Source of the DNA: an uncultured Gemmatimonadales bacterium
GTDB lineage: Bacteria; Gemmatimonadota; Gemmatimonadetes; Gemmatimonadales; GWC2-71-9
Length of the DNA: 64,000 nt
Direction of reading: 5' to 3'
Assembly (NCBI GenBank): GCA_963825055.1
Contig: CAWGSK010000012.1
Coordinates: forward strand, 256,001 to 320,000
The notes beneath the pieces are model-generated. The model saw only the letters and a program-made list of their open reading frames with translations, was not told the origin of the DNA and ran no database searches. Both the position numbers and the translations under genes were made by a program. Shown here piece after piece: positions 38,293 to 47,918 of the stretch. Each line of letters starts with the position of its first letter. Positions within the stretch are counted from its first letter, which is position 1.

Positions 38293-41200
38293 GCGGGAGC
38301 TCCACCCGCCAGGAGCTCGAGCGGCTCGTCCGGCCTCTGCGCGGCTGGAGTTCGCTCGGCTGGGCCGCGTTCGCCGCCGGGCTCGTGACGTTCATCCTCG
38401 GGGCAGCGGCGCTGCTCGCGCGGGTGCCCGGACTGTCAGGTCCGGCCTGGGTTTTCGTCGCCTGGGCGGCGGGGTTAGCCGCCCTCGTTCTCGTCGTGGT
38501 CCTGGCGCTCCGCGCCGTGACCTCGCTCGGAGTGGTGTGGGTGGCGCACCGCCTGGAGGAGCACGGCGGATGGCGGGCCGGCGGTCTCCGTGCCTTCCTC
38601 GATTCTCCCGCCCCCGGGACCAGCAGCGCGCTCTACACCGTTGCTGACGCGGCCTCAGGAGCGGAGCTGGCTTTGCGCGGTGATGATGCCCTGGCCCCCG
38701 AGCGGCGCTCGTTCCGCCAGCGCGCCTGGGGAGGCCTGCTGGTCGGGGCCGTCGGGTTGTCGGTCTTCGCCGCGGCCGGGCCGGTGCACGGCCCGGCGGC
38801 GGCCCTCTGGCGGCCCGGCATGGCCTGGGAGGCCATCACCGCTCCCGTCTCGCTTGCCGCGGCCACGGACGTCGTGGCCCGGGAGGACAGCGTCGCGCTG
38901 TTCCTCCGCGCCACCGGGCGCCGTGAGGCCGTGCTGTGGGTCCGGGGGCCGGGTGAGCCCTGGCGCGCCCGCACGGTACCGCTCGACTCCACCGGCCGCG
39001 CCACCGAGATGGTGGGGCCCCTCCGCACTGACCTTTTCGCCCGCCTGAGCGCGGGGCCGCGCTCCTCGGACACGGTCCATGTCCGGGTCCGGATACCCGC
39101 GTTCCTCGGGTCGCTCACTGTCACCGCCCGTTATCCGCGCTATCTGGCCCTGGCCGACGAGCCCATGCCGGTCGATGGTGACACGCTGCTCCTCCCGGCG
39201 GGCACGCGACTCGATGTTCGCGGCGAGGCCACCGCGCCGCTCGCTTCCGCCGCGTGGAGCGGGCCGGGACGCGAGGACATGGAAGTGCGGGGCGGCACGT
39301 TCAACGGGTCGCTGGCCCCGCGCGTGAGCGGCACGTACGCGCTCGAGCTCACCACGAAGGCCGGAGCTCCCCTCGCCGGCGATCCCGTCCTGCTGCCCGT
39401 CCGGCTGATTCCCGATGCCGCGCCACGCGTGGACATCCCCGTTCCCGGCCGCGATACCATCGTACCGCTCAGTCTGCGGATGCCCCTCGTGGTGGAAGCC
39501 GAGGACGACTACGGCCTCTCCGCGGTGGTCCTGGAGAGCCGGCGTATCTCGCGTCTCGGACTGGCGGACGACCCGGTACGCCAGCCGGTGCCACTCCCGG
39601 GCGGGATCCCGGATCGGGCGCTGCTCACGGTCGAACTGGACCTCAACGGCCGCGGCCTCCTCCCCGGCGATACGGTACGGTATTTCGTGCGAGTGGTGGA
39701 CAATGCGCCCGCCGGCCAGGCCGGCCGGTCACGGGAATACATCCTGCGGTTGCCGACGCTCTCGGAAGTACGCGCCGCCGCGCGCGAAGCGACGCGGGAT
39801 GTATCGGCGGGCCTCGATTCCGCATTGGCACGGAGCCGGGAATTGCAGCGCACCACCGAGGACCTGAGCCGGGAGCGGCCCAGGCCCGCGGAAGGCCAGC
39901 AGGGGGGACGCGAGGGCGAGCGCGCGATGAGCTACGACCAGGCCCAGCGCGCGGAGGCCGTCGCCCGGGAACAGCAGCAGCTGCAGCAGCAGGCGGAAGA
40001 CCTCCAGTCCGCACTCGAGGAGCTGCAGAAGAGCGCCCAGGCGGCGGGGCTCAACGACCCCGAGTTCCAGAAGCGGATGGAGGAAATCCGGGAGCAGCTC
40101 GACCGGGCCCTGTCACCGGAACTGAAGCAGCGCCTGGCGGACCTGCAGCAGGCCCTCAAGGAGCTTGACCCCGAGCGCGCGCGGGAGGCCCTGCAACAGC
40201 TCGCAAAAGCGCAGGAAGAGCTGCGAGACGCCATCGAGCGCAGCCGGGAGCTCTTCCGGCGCGCGGCCGTGGAAGGCGACATGGCCAACCTCACCGCGGA
40301 GTCGCGCGAGCTCGCGCGGGAGCAGGAGCAGTGGTCCGACCAGGTCTCGCGGGCCGACAGCGCCCGGGCTGCAGCGGAGGAGCGGGCGCTGGCGGCTCGG
40401 GCGGACTCCCTGGCGGCCGCGCTGGACCGTCTTGCCCCGCAGGTGGCATCCGAGGGACGCTCCGAGGAGCTCGAGCAGATGTCCGACCAGGTCGCGCAGG
40501 CCTCGCAGCAGATGCAGCAGGCCGCGTCGGAGGCGCAGCGCGGGCAGCGGAACGCCGCGAAGCAGTCCGGTCAGCAGGCGGCGCAGATGCTCCAGCCCCT
40601 CGGCGACCAGCTGCAGCAGGCGCGCCAGCAGATGCAGCAGCAGTGGCGCGATGAGGTCACGACGGAGCTCGACCGCGCGCTCTCGGAAACCAGCCGGCTC
40701 GCCGAGCGCGAGCTCGACGTGACGGAGTCCTTTCGCAAGGGGGACGTCTCCGGGGACGCACGCGCGGCACAGGGGGCACTGGAGGAGGGCGTGCAGAAGC
40801 TGCTCGAACAGGTCCGCGCCGCGAGCGGGAAGAACGCGCTGGTTTCGCCCGGGGTGACGGTCGCGCTGACCATGGCGCAGCAGAAAATGCAGCAGGCGCG
40901 CGAAGCCGTTGGAAATGCCACGCCGGACCCGCGTGGCGCGGCCGAGGCGGCGGGGCAGGCGGTGGACGCGCTCAACGCCGCGGCATACCAGCTCGTGCGG
41001 GCCAGGGGCGACGTATCCGGGGCCGGAAGCGGGTCGGGCCTCCAGGAGGCCATGGAAAAGATGCAGCAGATGGCGGGGCAGCAGGGTGGCCTCAACCAGC
41101 AGGCGTCGGGGCTCTTCCCGATGGCCGGCAACGCAGGCGTCCAGGCGCAGCTCCAGGAACTGGGTCGCCAGCAGCGCCGGCTGGCGGAGCAGCTCGAACG

Positions 41201-41567
41201 CATGCGGGCCCAGGGCCAGTTGCCCGGCACCGGTGACCTCGCGGACGAGGCGAAGGACCTTGCGCGGCAATTGGAGCAGGGCCGGATCGATCGGGCAATG
41301 CTTGAGCGCCAGGAACGCCTCTTCCGGCGCATGCTGGACGCCGGGCGGACGTTGCAGGGCGAGCAGCGCGATGAACAGAAGGAGCGACAGAGCACCACGG
41401 GCAAGGACGACAACGTCCGCCTCCCGCCGGCGCTTCGCGCCCTGCTCCAGAATGCCGGCCAGGCCATCCGGGTACCCGACTGGGAAACGATGCAGCGGCT
41501 GTCACCGGAGGAGCGGCGGCTGGTAGTCGAGTACTTCCGCCGTCTCTCGGACGGGAACGCGCCATGA
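38289..41567 (+). CDS. Large membrane-anchored coiled-coil protein (DUF4175-like)
   Basis: N-terminal TM helices, P.YL beta region, D..P.V..P, AEDDYGL, Y...V.DN, long Q/E-rich coiled coil, RQER...RMLDA, terminal EYFRRL. Confidence 0.7.
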   Translation: MSGSSTRQELERLVRPLRGWSSLGWAAFAAGLVTFILGAAALLARVPGLSGPAWVFVAWAAGLAALVLVVVLALRAVTSLGVVWVAHRLEEHGGWRAGGLRAFLDSPAPGTSSALYTVADAASGAELALRGDDALAPERRSFRQRAWGGLLVGAVGLSVFAAAGPVHGPAAALWRPGMAWEAITAPVSLAAATDVVAREDSVALFLRATGRREAVLWVRGPGEPWRARTVPLDSTGRATEMVGPLRTDLFARLSAGPRSSDTVHVRVRIPAFLGSLTVTARYPRYLALADEPMPVDGDTLLLPAGTRLDVRGEATAPLASAAWSGPGREDMEVRGGTFNGSLAPRVSGTYALELTTKAGAPLAGDPVLLPVRLIPDAAPRVDIPVPGRDTIVPLSLRMPLVVEAEDDYGLSAVVLESRRISRLGLADDPVRQPVPLPGGIPDRALLTVELDLNGRGLLPGDTVRYFVRVVDNAPAGQAGRSREYILRLPTLSEVRAAAREATRDVSAGLDSALARSRELQRTTEDLSRERPRPAEGQQGGREGERAMSYDQAQRAEAVAREQQQLQQQAEDLQSALEELQKSAQAAGLNDPEFQKRMEEIREQLDRALSPELKQRLADLQQALKELDPERAREALQQLAKAQEELRDAIERSRELFRRAAVEGDMANLTAESRELAREQEQWSDQVSRADSARAAAEERALAARADSLAAALDRLAPQVASEGRSEELEQMSDQVAQASQQMQQAASEAQRGQRNAAKQSGQQAAQMLQPLGDQLQQARQQMQQQWRDEVTTELDRALSETSRLAERELDVTESFRKGDVSGDARAAQGALEEGVQKLLEQVRAASGKNALVSPGVTVALTMAQQKMQQAREAVGNATPDPRGAAEAAGQAVDALNAAAYQLVRARGDVSGAGSGSGLQEAMEKMQQMAGQQGGLNQQASGLFPMAGNAGVQAQLQELGRQQRRLAEQLERMRAQGQLPGTGDLADEAKDLARQLEQGRIDRAMLERQERLFRRMLDAGRTLQGEQRDEQKERQSTTGKDDNVRLPPALRALLQNAGQAIRVPDWETMQRLSPEERRLVVEYFRRLSDGNAP

Positions 41568-43303
41568 GCCGCGTCGTCCGCTCTTTCCTCGTTCTCTGCC
41601 TCCTGCTGTCTGCGGGGGCCTCCGTGGCCCGGGCGCAGGACGCGGCGCTGGTTCGCGCCTTCAACCTGGAGCGACGCGGCGACTACGACGCAGCGGGGAA
41701 GGCCTATCGTGAGATCCTCTCCAGCACCCCGGACGACGTGGCCGCGCTGCTCGGGCTCGAACGGGTGCTGACCAACCAGAACCGGGTCGCAGAGCTGGTC
41801 CCGGCGGTGCAGGCCGCGCTTGCCACCGACCCGCGGGCCAGCGCGATCTACAGCCTCGGCATTCGCGCGTGGAGCGCGGCAGGACAGCCCGACAGCGTGG
41901 AGAAGGTGGTGGACCGCTGGGTGGCGATCCAGCCGAACGACGAGTCCCCGTACCGGGAGTGGGCCCTCCAGGCACTGGCCCGCCGCGATCGCCAGGAAGC
42001 GCGCCGCATCCTGATGCTGGCCCGGGAAAAACTGCACCGGCCGACGGCACTGGCCGGTGAAATGGCCCAGCTGTCCATGGCGGAACTCGATTATCCGGGC
42101 GCCGTGCGCGAGTGGGCCGCCGCAGTGCGCGCGTTCCCGGGCTACCGTGCCGCCGCCATCAACGCGCTCGCGGTGGTGCCCGTCCGGGTCCGCGGGCAGG
42201 TGATCGATGAGCTGACCGCGGGCAGCGAACCGGCCGGGCCGCAGATCGCCGCGGTCCTGCAGGCCCGCTGGGGCAGTCCGATGGCCGCGTGGGCCCTGCT
42301 CGATGGATCGCTGCCTGCCCGGCCGGAGCAGGCCCTGGATGTCCTGGGGGCGCTCCGGGATGCTGTCAGCGGCCTGGCTGGGAGCGATGCGCGCCGGGCC
42401 GAGGGGCACGTCCTGGAAGCCATGGCGGACCGGAGTCCGCCTGGCCGTGCGGCGTCGCTTCGCCTGGAGGCGGCCCGCGCCTACGCGGCGGGGGGCGACA
42501 GTGAGTCGGCCCGACGGGAGCTGGGGCAGGCCGGCGCCGCCGTCGCGGATTCGCAGCAGCTTGCGGCGGAGGCCGGGGTCACACTCGTGCGGGTCCTCCT
42601 GGACGAGGGCAAGGTCCGGGATGCTGCCCAGGAACTCGCGCGCTACCGCAACGCGCTGCCCGGCGGCATCGTGCAGGAGTTGAGCCGGCAGGTGGCCACG
42701 GCCTGGGTGGCGAAGGGCGAACTGGACCGTGCCGACAGCCTCGTCGCGCAGGACAGTACCGTGGAAGGCCTGGCCCTTCGCGGGCGCCTCTTCCTGTACC
42801 GGGGCGAGCTGGGTGAGGCCCGGAAAGCCCTCCAGTCCGCCGGGCCATATGCCGGCACGCGTGACGAGGTGACCAGTCGGACGACCATCCTGGCGCTGCT
42901 TCAGTCGCTCGAATCCGACCATGATCCCGCGCTTGGCCAGGCCTTCCTTACCCTCGCGCGGGGCGACACGATGTCGGCGGTGAATGCCTTCACCTCCGTG
43001 GGCGGACGCCTGCCGGCGGGCAGTGGCGGCGCGGAGGTCACGCTGCTGGCGGGGCGGCTCGCGGCCGCGTCGGGCCATGGAGACAGGGCCGAGCCGCTGC
43101 TCCGGCGCGCGGCCGCCGCGGACTCGTCGTCAGCCGCACCGGCAGCCATGTTCGAACTTGCCAGGGTGCTGGTGGGGCTCCAGCGCGCCTCGGAGGCCGT
43201 TCCCGTCCTGGAGAGCCTGATCCTGAATCGTCCGGAGAGTGCCGTCGTGCCGCAGGCCAGGCGGCTGCTGGACGAACTTCGCGGGGCGGTGCCGAAAACA
43301 TGA
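41564..43303 (+). CDS. Exported tetratricopeptide-repeat protein
   Basis: Signal peptide (ARA-QD), Ala-rich helical repeats, C-terminal A..A.FELA..L...LE.LI...PES....AR. Confidence 0.75.
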   Translation: MSRVVRSFLVLCLLLSAGASVARAQDAALVRAFNLERRGDYDAAGKAYREILSSTPDDVAALLGLERVLTNQNRVAELVPAVQAALATDPRASAIYSLGIRAWSAAGQPDSVEKVVDRWVAIQPNDESPYREWALQALARRDRQEARRILMLAREKLHRPTALAGEMAQLSMAELDYPGAVREWAAAVRAFPGYRAAAINALAVVPVRVRGQVIDELTAGSEPAGPQIAAVLQARWGSPMAAWALLDGSLPARPEQALDVLGALRDAVSGLAGSDARRAEGHVLEAMADRSPPGRAASLRLEAARAYAAGGDSESARRELGQAGAAVADSQQLAAEAGVTLVRVLLDEGKVRDAAQELARYRNALPGGIVQELSRQVATAWVAKGELDRADSLVAQDSTVEGLALRGRLFLYRGELGEARKALQSAGPYAGTRDEVTSRTTILALLQSLESDHDPALGQAFLTLARGDTMSAVNAFTSVGGRLPAGSGGAEVTLLAGRLAAASGHGDRAEPLLRRAAAADSSSAAPAAMFELARVLVGLQRASEAVPVLESLILNRPESAVVPQARRLLDELRGAVPKT

Positions 43304-44598
43304 AACGACGTGATTTCCTCGCGGGCACCGGCATGGTGCTGGGTGCGGTGGGACTCGACTGGCCGCTCGGGAGTCTCTGGCCGCCGGCGCGGCTGGCGGG
43401 CGGGCTGCTCGTGCCCATGGACGAGACCCAGTCGGATCACCTGAAGGCGTACGGGCTTGCCTACCGGGTGCTCCAGCGCGGGGCGCGCGCGGAATGGTTC
43501 CTGAATTACCGGAGCGGGGCGTTCCTGCTCCCGCAGGACCCGGCAACGACGCGTGACGCGGCCCTGGCCGGGGTGTCTGCGCAGGCGATCGACGCGGGGG
43601 CAGCGGACGGAATCCGCGCCGAGATTGCCGGTGGCAACATGGACGCCGTGCCACTGGAGAAGGCGCCGAAGGTGGCCGTGTACGTGACGCCGAATGCCGC
43701 GCCCTGGGACGACGCCGTCACCATGGCGCTGCAGTACGCCGGCATTGAATACGACAAGATCTGGGATGAAGACGTCCTGGCGGGCAAGCTCTCGACCTAT
43801 GACTGGCTGCACCTCCATCACGAGGATTTCACCGGACAGTATTCGAAATTCTACCTCAACTACGCCGGCAGCCCGTGGCTCACCGAGATGGTCTCGCTCA
43901 ACCAGGGGGTGGCGAGGAAACTCGGCTACCCCAACGTGCCCGCGGAGAAGCGCGCGGTGGCCCAGGCGATCGGGGCCTATGTCGAGCGGGGTGGTTTCCT
44001 CTTCGCGATGTGCACCGCCACCGAGACCCTCGATCTCGCCCTCGCGAGCGCGGGAACGGACATCGCTGCCAGCTACGCGGACGGCGACCCGATGGACCCC
44101 GATGCGCAACAGCGGATGGACTGGAGCCGGACCCTCGCCTTCCGGGACGCGAGCCTGGTGGCGAGCCCGGCCATTTCCCAGTTCTCCGACATCGACGGCC
44201 ACCAGGTCAACTCGCTGGACCGCCGCCAGCCGCTGGGGTCATTCTCGCTCTTCGGCTTCAGCGCCAAGATCGATCCCGTCGCCACCATGCTGGTGCAGAA
44301 CCACCGGCAGGTCATTCCGGACTTCTACGGCCTCACCACGTCCTTTACGCGGCGGACCCTCAAGCCCGCAGTGACCGTCCTGGCCGATGAGCCCGGGGCA
44401 CCATGGGTCAAGTACATTCACGGCGAGCACGGGCAGGGGACGTGGACCTTCTTCGGCGGCCACGACCCCGAGGACCCCCAGCACCAGATCGGCGACCCTC
44501 CGACCGACCTGTCGCTCCATCCCCATTCCCCGGGCTACCGCCTGATTCTCAACAACGTGCTCTTCCCCGCGGCGAAGAAGCGGGAGCTGAAGACGTAG
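43300..44598 (+). CDS. Conserved exported protein with Tat signal (family often labelled 'asparagine synthetase B'-like)
   Basis: KRRDFL twin-arginine; LLVPMD..Q.DHLKAYG, WFLNYR.G.F, PWDDAVT, DWLHLHHEDFTGQY.KF, GGFLFAMC, GGHDPED, SPGYRLILNNVLFPAA. Confidence 0.75.
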   Translation: MKRRDFLAGTGMVLGAVGLDWPLGSLWPPARLAGGLLVPMDETQSDHLKAYGLAYRVLQRGARAEWFLNYRSGAFLLPQDPATTRDAALAGVSAQAIDAGAADGIRAEIAGGNMDAVPLEKAPKVAVYVTPNAAPWDDAVTMALQYAGIEYDKIWDEDVLAGKLSTYDWLHLHHEDFTGQYSKFYLNYAGSPWLTEMVSLNQGVARKLGYPNVPAEKRAVAQAIGAYVERGGFLFAMCTATETLDLALASAGTDIAASYADGDPMDPDAQQRMDWSRTLAFRDASLVASPAISQFSDIDGHQVNSLDRRQPLGSFSLFGFSAKIDPVATMLVQNHRQVIPDFYGLTTSFTRRTLKPAVTVLADEPGAPWVKYIHGEHGQGTWTFFGGHDPEDPQHQIGDPPTDLSLHPHSPGYRLILNNVLFPAAKKRELKT

Positions 44599-44603
44599 AG
44601 ACC

Positions 44604-44651
44604 AGTGAGTAGTGAGTAGTGACTAGTGACTAGTGTAGTTCGTGACTAGTG
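44604..44651 (+). repeat. Heptamer array, family C (AGTGAST)
   Basis: agtgagt agtgagt agtgact agtgact agtgt ... gtgact agtg, 5 nt after TAG. Confidence 0.88.
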
Positions 44652-44734
44652 CTTGAGGGCGGCCGCCCTGTTGGTGAAGGGATTGGGCGAAAATGCCACT
44701 GCTGCCCGCCCCCCCGCCCCTGTATCTTTCCTGT

Positions 44735-44761
44735 ACGACTCAACGATTCAACGACTCAACG
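44735..44761. repeat. Octamer array, family B (TCAACGAY x3)
   Basis: acgac tcaacgat tcaacgac tcaacg upstream of dinG. Confidence 0.8.
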
Positions 44762-44787
44762 CCTCCTTCCCGCGCCGCAGGTTTTCC

Positions 44788-47295
44788 GTGTCCATAGCCC
44801 GCATCCCTCCCCACCTGCGCGACCTGATGGCGCGCGAGATTGCCTCGACCGGCGGCCGGGAGGTGTTGTTCGTCGCGCGGGTGGACGGCGAGGGCGTGGT
44901 CACGGACATCCGTCCAGTGGCCCGCGGCCGGTCCGACATGGTGCTTGCACTGCCCGGTGTCGCGGAGCAGGGCGACATGGTGCTGCACAACCATCCCGGC
45001 GGAAACCTGGAGCCGTCCCTGGCCGATCTGGACGTGGCGGCGCGCCTGCATGACGGCGGGGTGGGTTTCGGCATCGTCAACAACGAGGCGTCGGAACTGT
45101 CCATCGTGGTCGAAGTGCCGCGGGCGCGCGCACTCGCGCCGCTGGACACCCTGGACGTCGTCGCCCTGTTGTCGGAGGGCGGCCCGGTCGCGGAGATGAT
45201 GGGGCAGTACGAGGACCGACCGAGCCAGCGGGACATGACCGCCTACATCACCGATGCCTACAACGATGGCGGGATCGTGCTGCTGGAGGCCGGGACGGGC
45301 GTCGGCAAATCCTTCGCGTACCTCGTGCCGGCGCTCGCGTGGGCGAAGCAGAACGCGGAACGCACTGTCGTCAGCACCAACACGATCAACCTGCAGGAGC
45401 AGCTCGTCGGCAAGGACCTGCCGTTCCTCCGGCGGGCACTGGGTGACGCGGACCACACCCCGACGTTCGCCCTGCTCAAGGGCTGGCGGAATTATGTCTG
45501 CCTCGCGCGGCTCGACCAGGCGCTGGCCTCGCCGCAGTCGCTGCTCGAGCCGGAGAAGCACCACGAGCTGGACGGCCTCGCCGCCTGGGTACAGCACACC
45601 GGCGACGGCACGCTCGCGGATTTGCCGGTGCCGCCGAGCCCGGATGTCTGGGACGAGGTGAGTGCGGAGGCCGACCTCTGCACCCGGCTCAAGTGCCCCC
45701 GTTTCGACCAGTGTTTCCTGTTCAGCGCCCGGCGACGCGCCGCGGAGGCTGATGTCGTGGTCGTCAACCACCACCTGCTCGCGGCGGACCTCTCGGTCAG
45801 GCAGGCCCAGGACAACTGGCTGGAGGCCGCGGTCCTGCCTCCGTACCGCCGGCTGATCCTGGATGAGGCGCACCATCTCGAGGACGTGGCGGCCGGACAC
45901 CTCGGTGTTCGCGTGACCAGCCGGGGCGTGCAGCGGCTGCTGGGCCGGCTGGAGCGGAACGGGCGGGGGCTGGTGCCGTCGCTCACCGCCGAACTGGCCC
46001 GGCGCGACGATCTCCTGAGCCGCGCGAGCCTGGACCTGATCTACCAGCGGCTGCTCCCGACGCTGGCGCGGGCGAAGAGCGCGGCCGATGCCGTCATGGT
46101 CCGGCTCGCGTCGTTCCTGGACGGCAGCGGGATGCACGTCGTCCGGCTGACGGAGGACTTCGCCTCGGACGAGGTGTGGGCAAGGGGGCTCGGCACGGAG
46201 CTGGACGGGACCCTGGAAGCATTCCGGCAGCTCAGGGAGCACGTCGAGACGATCGCCGACCGCCTCCGGGAGGGGCCGGACAGCGAGCGGCGTGACCAGG
46301 TCCTGGGGGAGCTGCGTGGTGTCTTCCGCCGGCTCGAGGCTGCCAGCGACGCGTTCAACCGCACCCTGCGCCCGGCAGGCGGCGGTGCGCCGGCGGTGCG
46401 CTGGCTCGAACGCAGCGGACAGCGCGGCGGGCATGTCTCCCTGGCCGCCGTGCCGCTGGACCTGGCGCCCCTCCTCCGCGAGTTGATCTTTGAAAAAGTG
46501 GAAACCGTCGTGCTCACGAGCGCGACCCTCGCGGCCGGCGGCGATTTCGAGTTCCTCGAGTCGCGGCTCGGACTGACCGGCGACGGGGTTTCCGCGTCGG
46601 TCCGGGAAATCCTGCCTTCGCCGTTCGACTTCGCCTCGCAGTGCCTCTTCGGCATACCCGAGGACCTGCCCGACCCGCGCGAGGACGAGACGGCCCACGC
46701 GGTGGCCGTGAGCCAGGTGGTGGCGGACCTCGCCGGCGCGAGCGACGGCGGCATGTTTGTCCTGTTCACCAGCTACGCCGCGCTCCGGCGCGTGGCGGGC
46801 GAGCTGCGGGCCGTGATCGGGCATCGCTGGCCGCTCTTCGTGCAGGGCGAGGGCAACCGGGACCAGCTCCTCCGCCGCTTTCGCGAGGCCGGAAACGCGA
46901 TCCTGCTCGGCACGGATTCGTTCTGGGAGGGCGTGGATGTCCCGGGCCGGGCCCTCCGGGTCCTGGTCCTGACCAAATTACCGTTCAAGGTCCCGAGCGA
47001 GCCTCTCACCCAGGCCCGGCTGGAACGTCTGGCGGAGCAGGGCGAGGACGGCTTCATGGGTTACCTGCTCCCGCACGCGGCGCTCAAGCTGAAGCAGGGT
47101 TTCGGGCGGCTGATCCGCTCGTCGCGGGACGTCGGCGTGGTCGTCCTGCTGGACCGGCGGGTGATTACCAAGCGGTACGGCCCGCTCATTCTCGGGGGCC
47201 TGCCGCAGGCGGAGACCGTGATCGGCACCTGGGCGCAGGTGCGGACCAAGTGCGAGGACTTCTTCGCCCGCCACGGACTGGGGGTGAGCGTATGA
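44788..47295 (+). CDS. DinG/YoaA-family helicase with N-terminal JAB/MPN domain
   Basis: GREV..HNHPGGNLEPSLAD (JAMM); R.SQ Q-motif, EAGTGVGKS, Fe-S Cys (YVC..C...C....C), ILDEAHH, LTSATL, VLFTSY, FWEGVD, QGFGRLIRS. Confidence 0.9.
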   Translation: MSIARIPPHLRDLMAREIASTGGREVLFVARVDGEGVVTDIRPVARGRSDMVLALPGVAEQGDMVLHNHPGGNLEPSLADLDVAARLHDGGVGFGIVNNEASELSIVVEVPRARALAPLDTLDVVALLSEGGPVAEMMGQYEDRPSQRDMTAYITDAYNDGGIVLLEAGTGVGKSFAYLVPALAWAKQNAERTVVSTNTINLQEQLVGKDLPFLRRALGDADHTPTFALLKGWRNYVCLARLDQALASPQSLLEPEKHHELDGLAAWVQHTGDGTLADLPVPPSPDVWDEVSAEADLCTRLKCPRFDQCFLFSARRRAAEADVVVVNHHLLAADLSVRQAQDNWLEAAVLPPYRRLILDEAHHLEDVAAGHLGVRVTSRGVQRLLGRLERNGRGLVPSLTAELARRDDLLSRASLDLIYQRLLPTLARAKSAADAVMVRLASFLDGSGMHVVRLTEDFASDEVWARGLGTELDGTLEAFRQLREHVETIADRLREGPDSERRDQVLGELRGVFRRLEAASDAFNRTLRPAGGGAPAVRWLERSGQRGGHVSLAAVPLDLAPLLRELIFEKVETVVLTSATLAAGGDFEFLESRLGLTGDGVSASVREILPSPFDFASQCLFGIPEDLPDPREDETAHAVAVSQVVADLAGASDGGMFVLFTSYAALRRVAGELRAVIGHRWPLFVQGEGNRDQLLRRFREAGNAILLGTDSFWEGVDVPGRALRVLVLTKLPFKVPSEPLTQARLERLAEQGEDGFMGYLLPHAALKLKQGFGRLIRSSRDVGVVVLLDRRVITKRYGPLILGGLPQAETVIGTWAQVRTKCEDFFARHGLGVSV

Positions 47296-47918
47296 ACCCG
47301 CTGTCACCGTCGAAGATCGTCTGCGTCGGCCGCAACTACCGGGCACACGCCGAGGAGCTTGGCAACGTGTTGCCGGCGGAGCCCCTCCTCTTCCTCAAGC
47401 CGCCGAGCGCGCTGATCAATACCGGCATGCCGATCATCCTGCCGGGGTTGAGCGGGCAGGTGGAGCATGAGGCGGAGATCGGCGTGGTGGTGGGCCGCCG
47501 GCTCCGACGGGCGAGCGAGGATGAGGCCGCGGCCGCGATCGCCGGGTACATCTGTGTCAATGACCTGACCGCCCGCGATCTCCAGCAGAAGGACGGGCAG
47601 TGGACCCGGGCAAAAGGCTTCGACACGTTCTGCCCGGCCGGTCCCGCGGTGGTCGGGGGCCTCGACTGGCGCGACCTCGAGATCATCTGCCGGGTGAACG
47701 GGGTCCAGCGCCAGCATGGGGCCGCCCGCGACATGCAGTTCGGGCCGCCCGCCCTGCTGGCGTACATCAGTGGAATCATGACGCTGGAGCCGGGCGACCT
47801 GGTGGCGACCGGGACCCCGGCGGGCGTGGGCCCGCTGGTCCCCGGCGACCTGGTCGAGGTGGAGATTCCCGGCGTCGGTATCCTGTCCAACCCCGTGCAG
47901 GGAGAGGGAAGCGCATGA
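47292..47918 (+). CDS. Fumarylacetoacetate hydrolase family protein
   Basis: KIVCVGRNY..HA.E, FLKP, HEAE, NDLTARD.Q, W.RAKGFDTFCP, TLEPGD..ATGTP.GVG. Confidence 0.93.
   Translation: MNPLSPSKIVCVGRNYRAHAEELGNVLPAEPLLFLKPPSALINTGMPIILPGLSGQVEHEAEIGVVVGRRLRRASEDEAAAAIAGYICVNDLTARDLQQKDGQWTRAKGFDTFCPAGPAVVGGLDWRDLEIICRVNGVQRQHGAARDMQFGPPALLAYISGIMTLEPGDLVATGTPAGVGPLVPGDLVEVEIPGVGILSNPVQGEGSA

Noticed and set aside
39890..41300. CAG-rich stretches as DNA repeats
   Set aside because: Explained by Gln/Glu-rich coiled-coil coding.
43300..44598. Asparagine synthetase AsnB
   Set aside because: No N-terminal Cys (Ntn) domain or SGGLDS PP-loop; the protein carries a Tat export signal.
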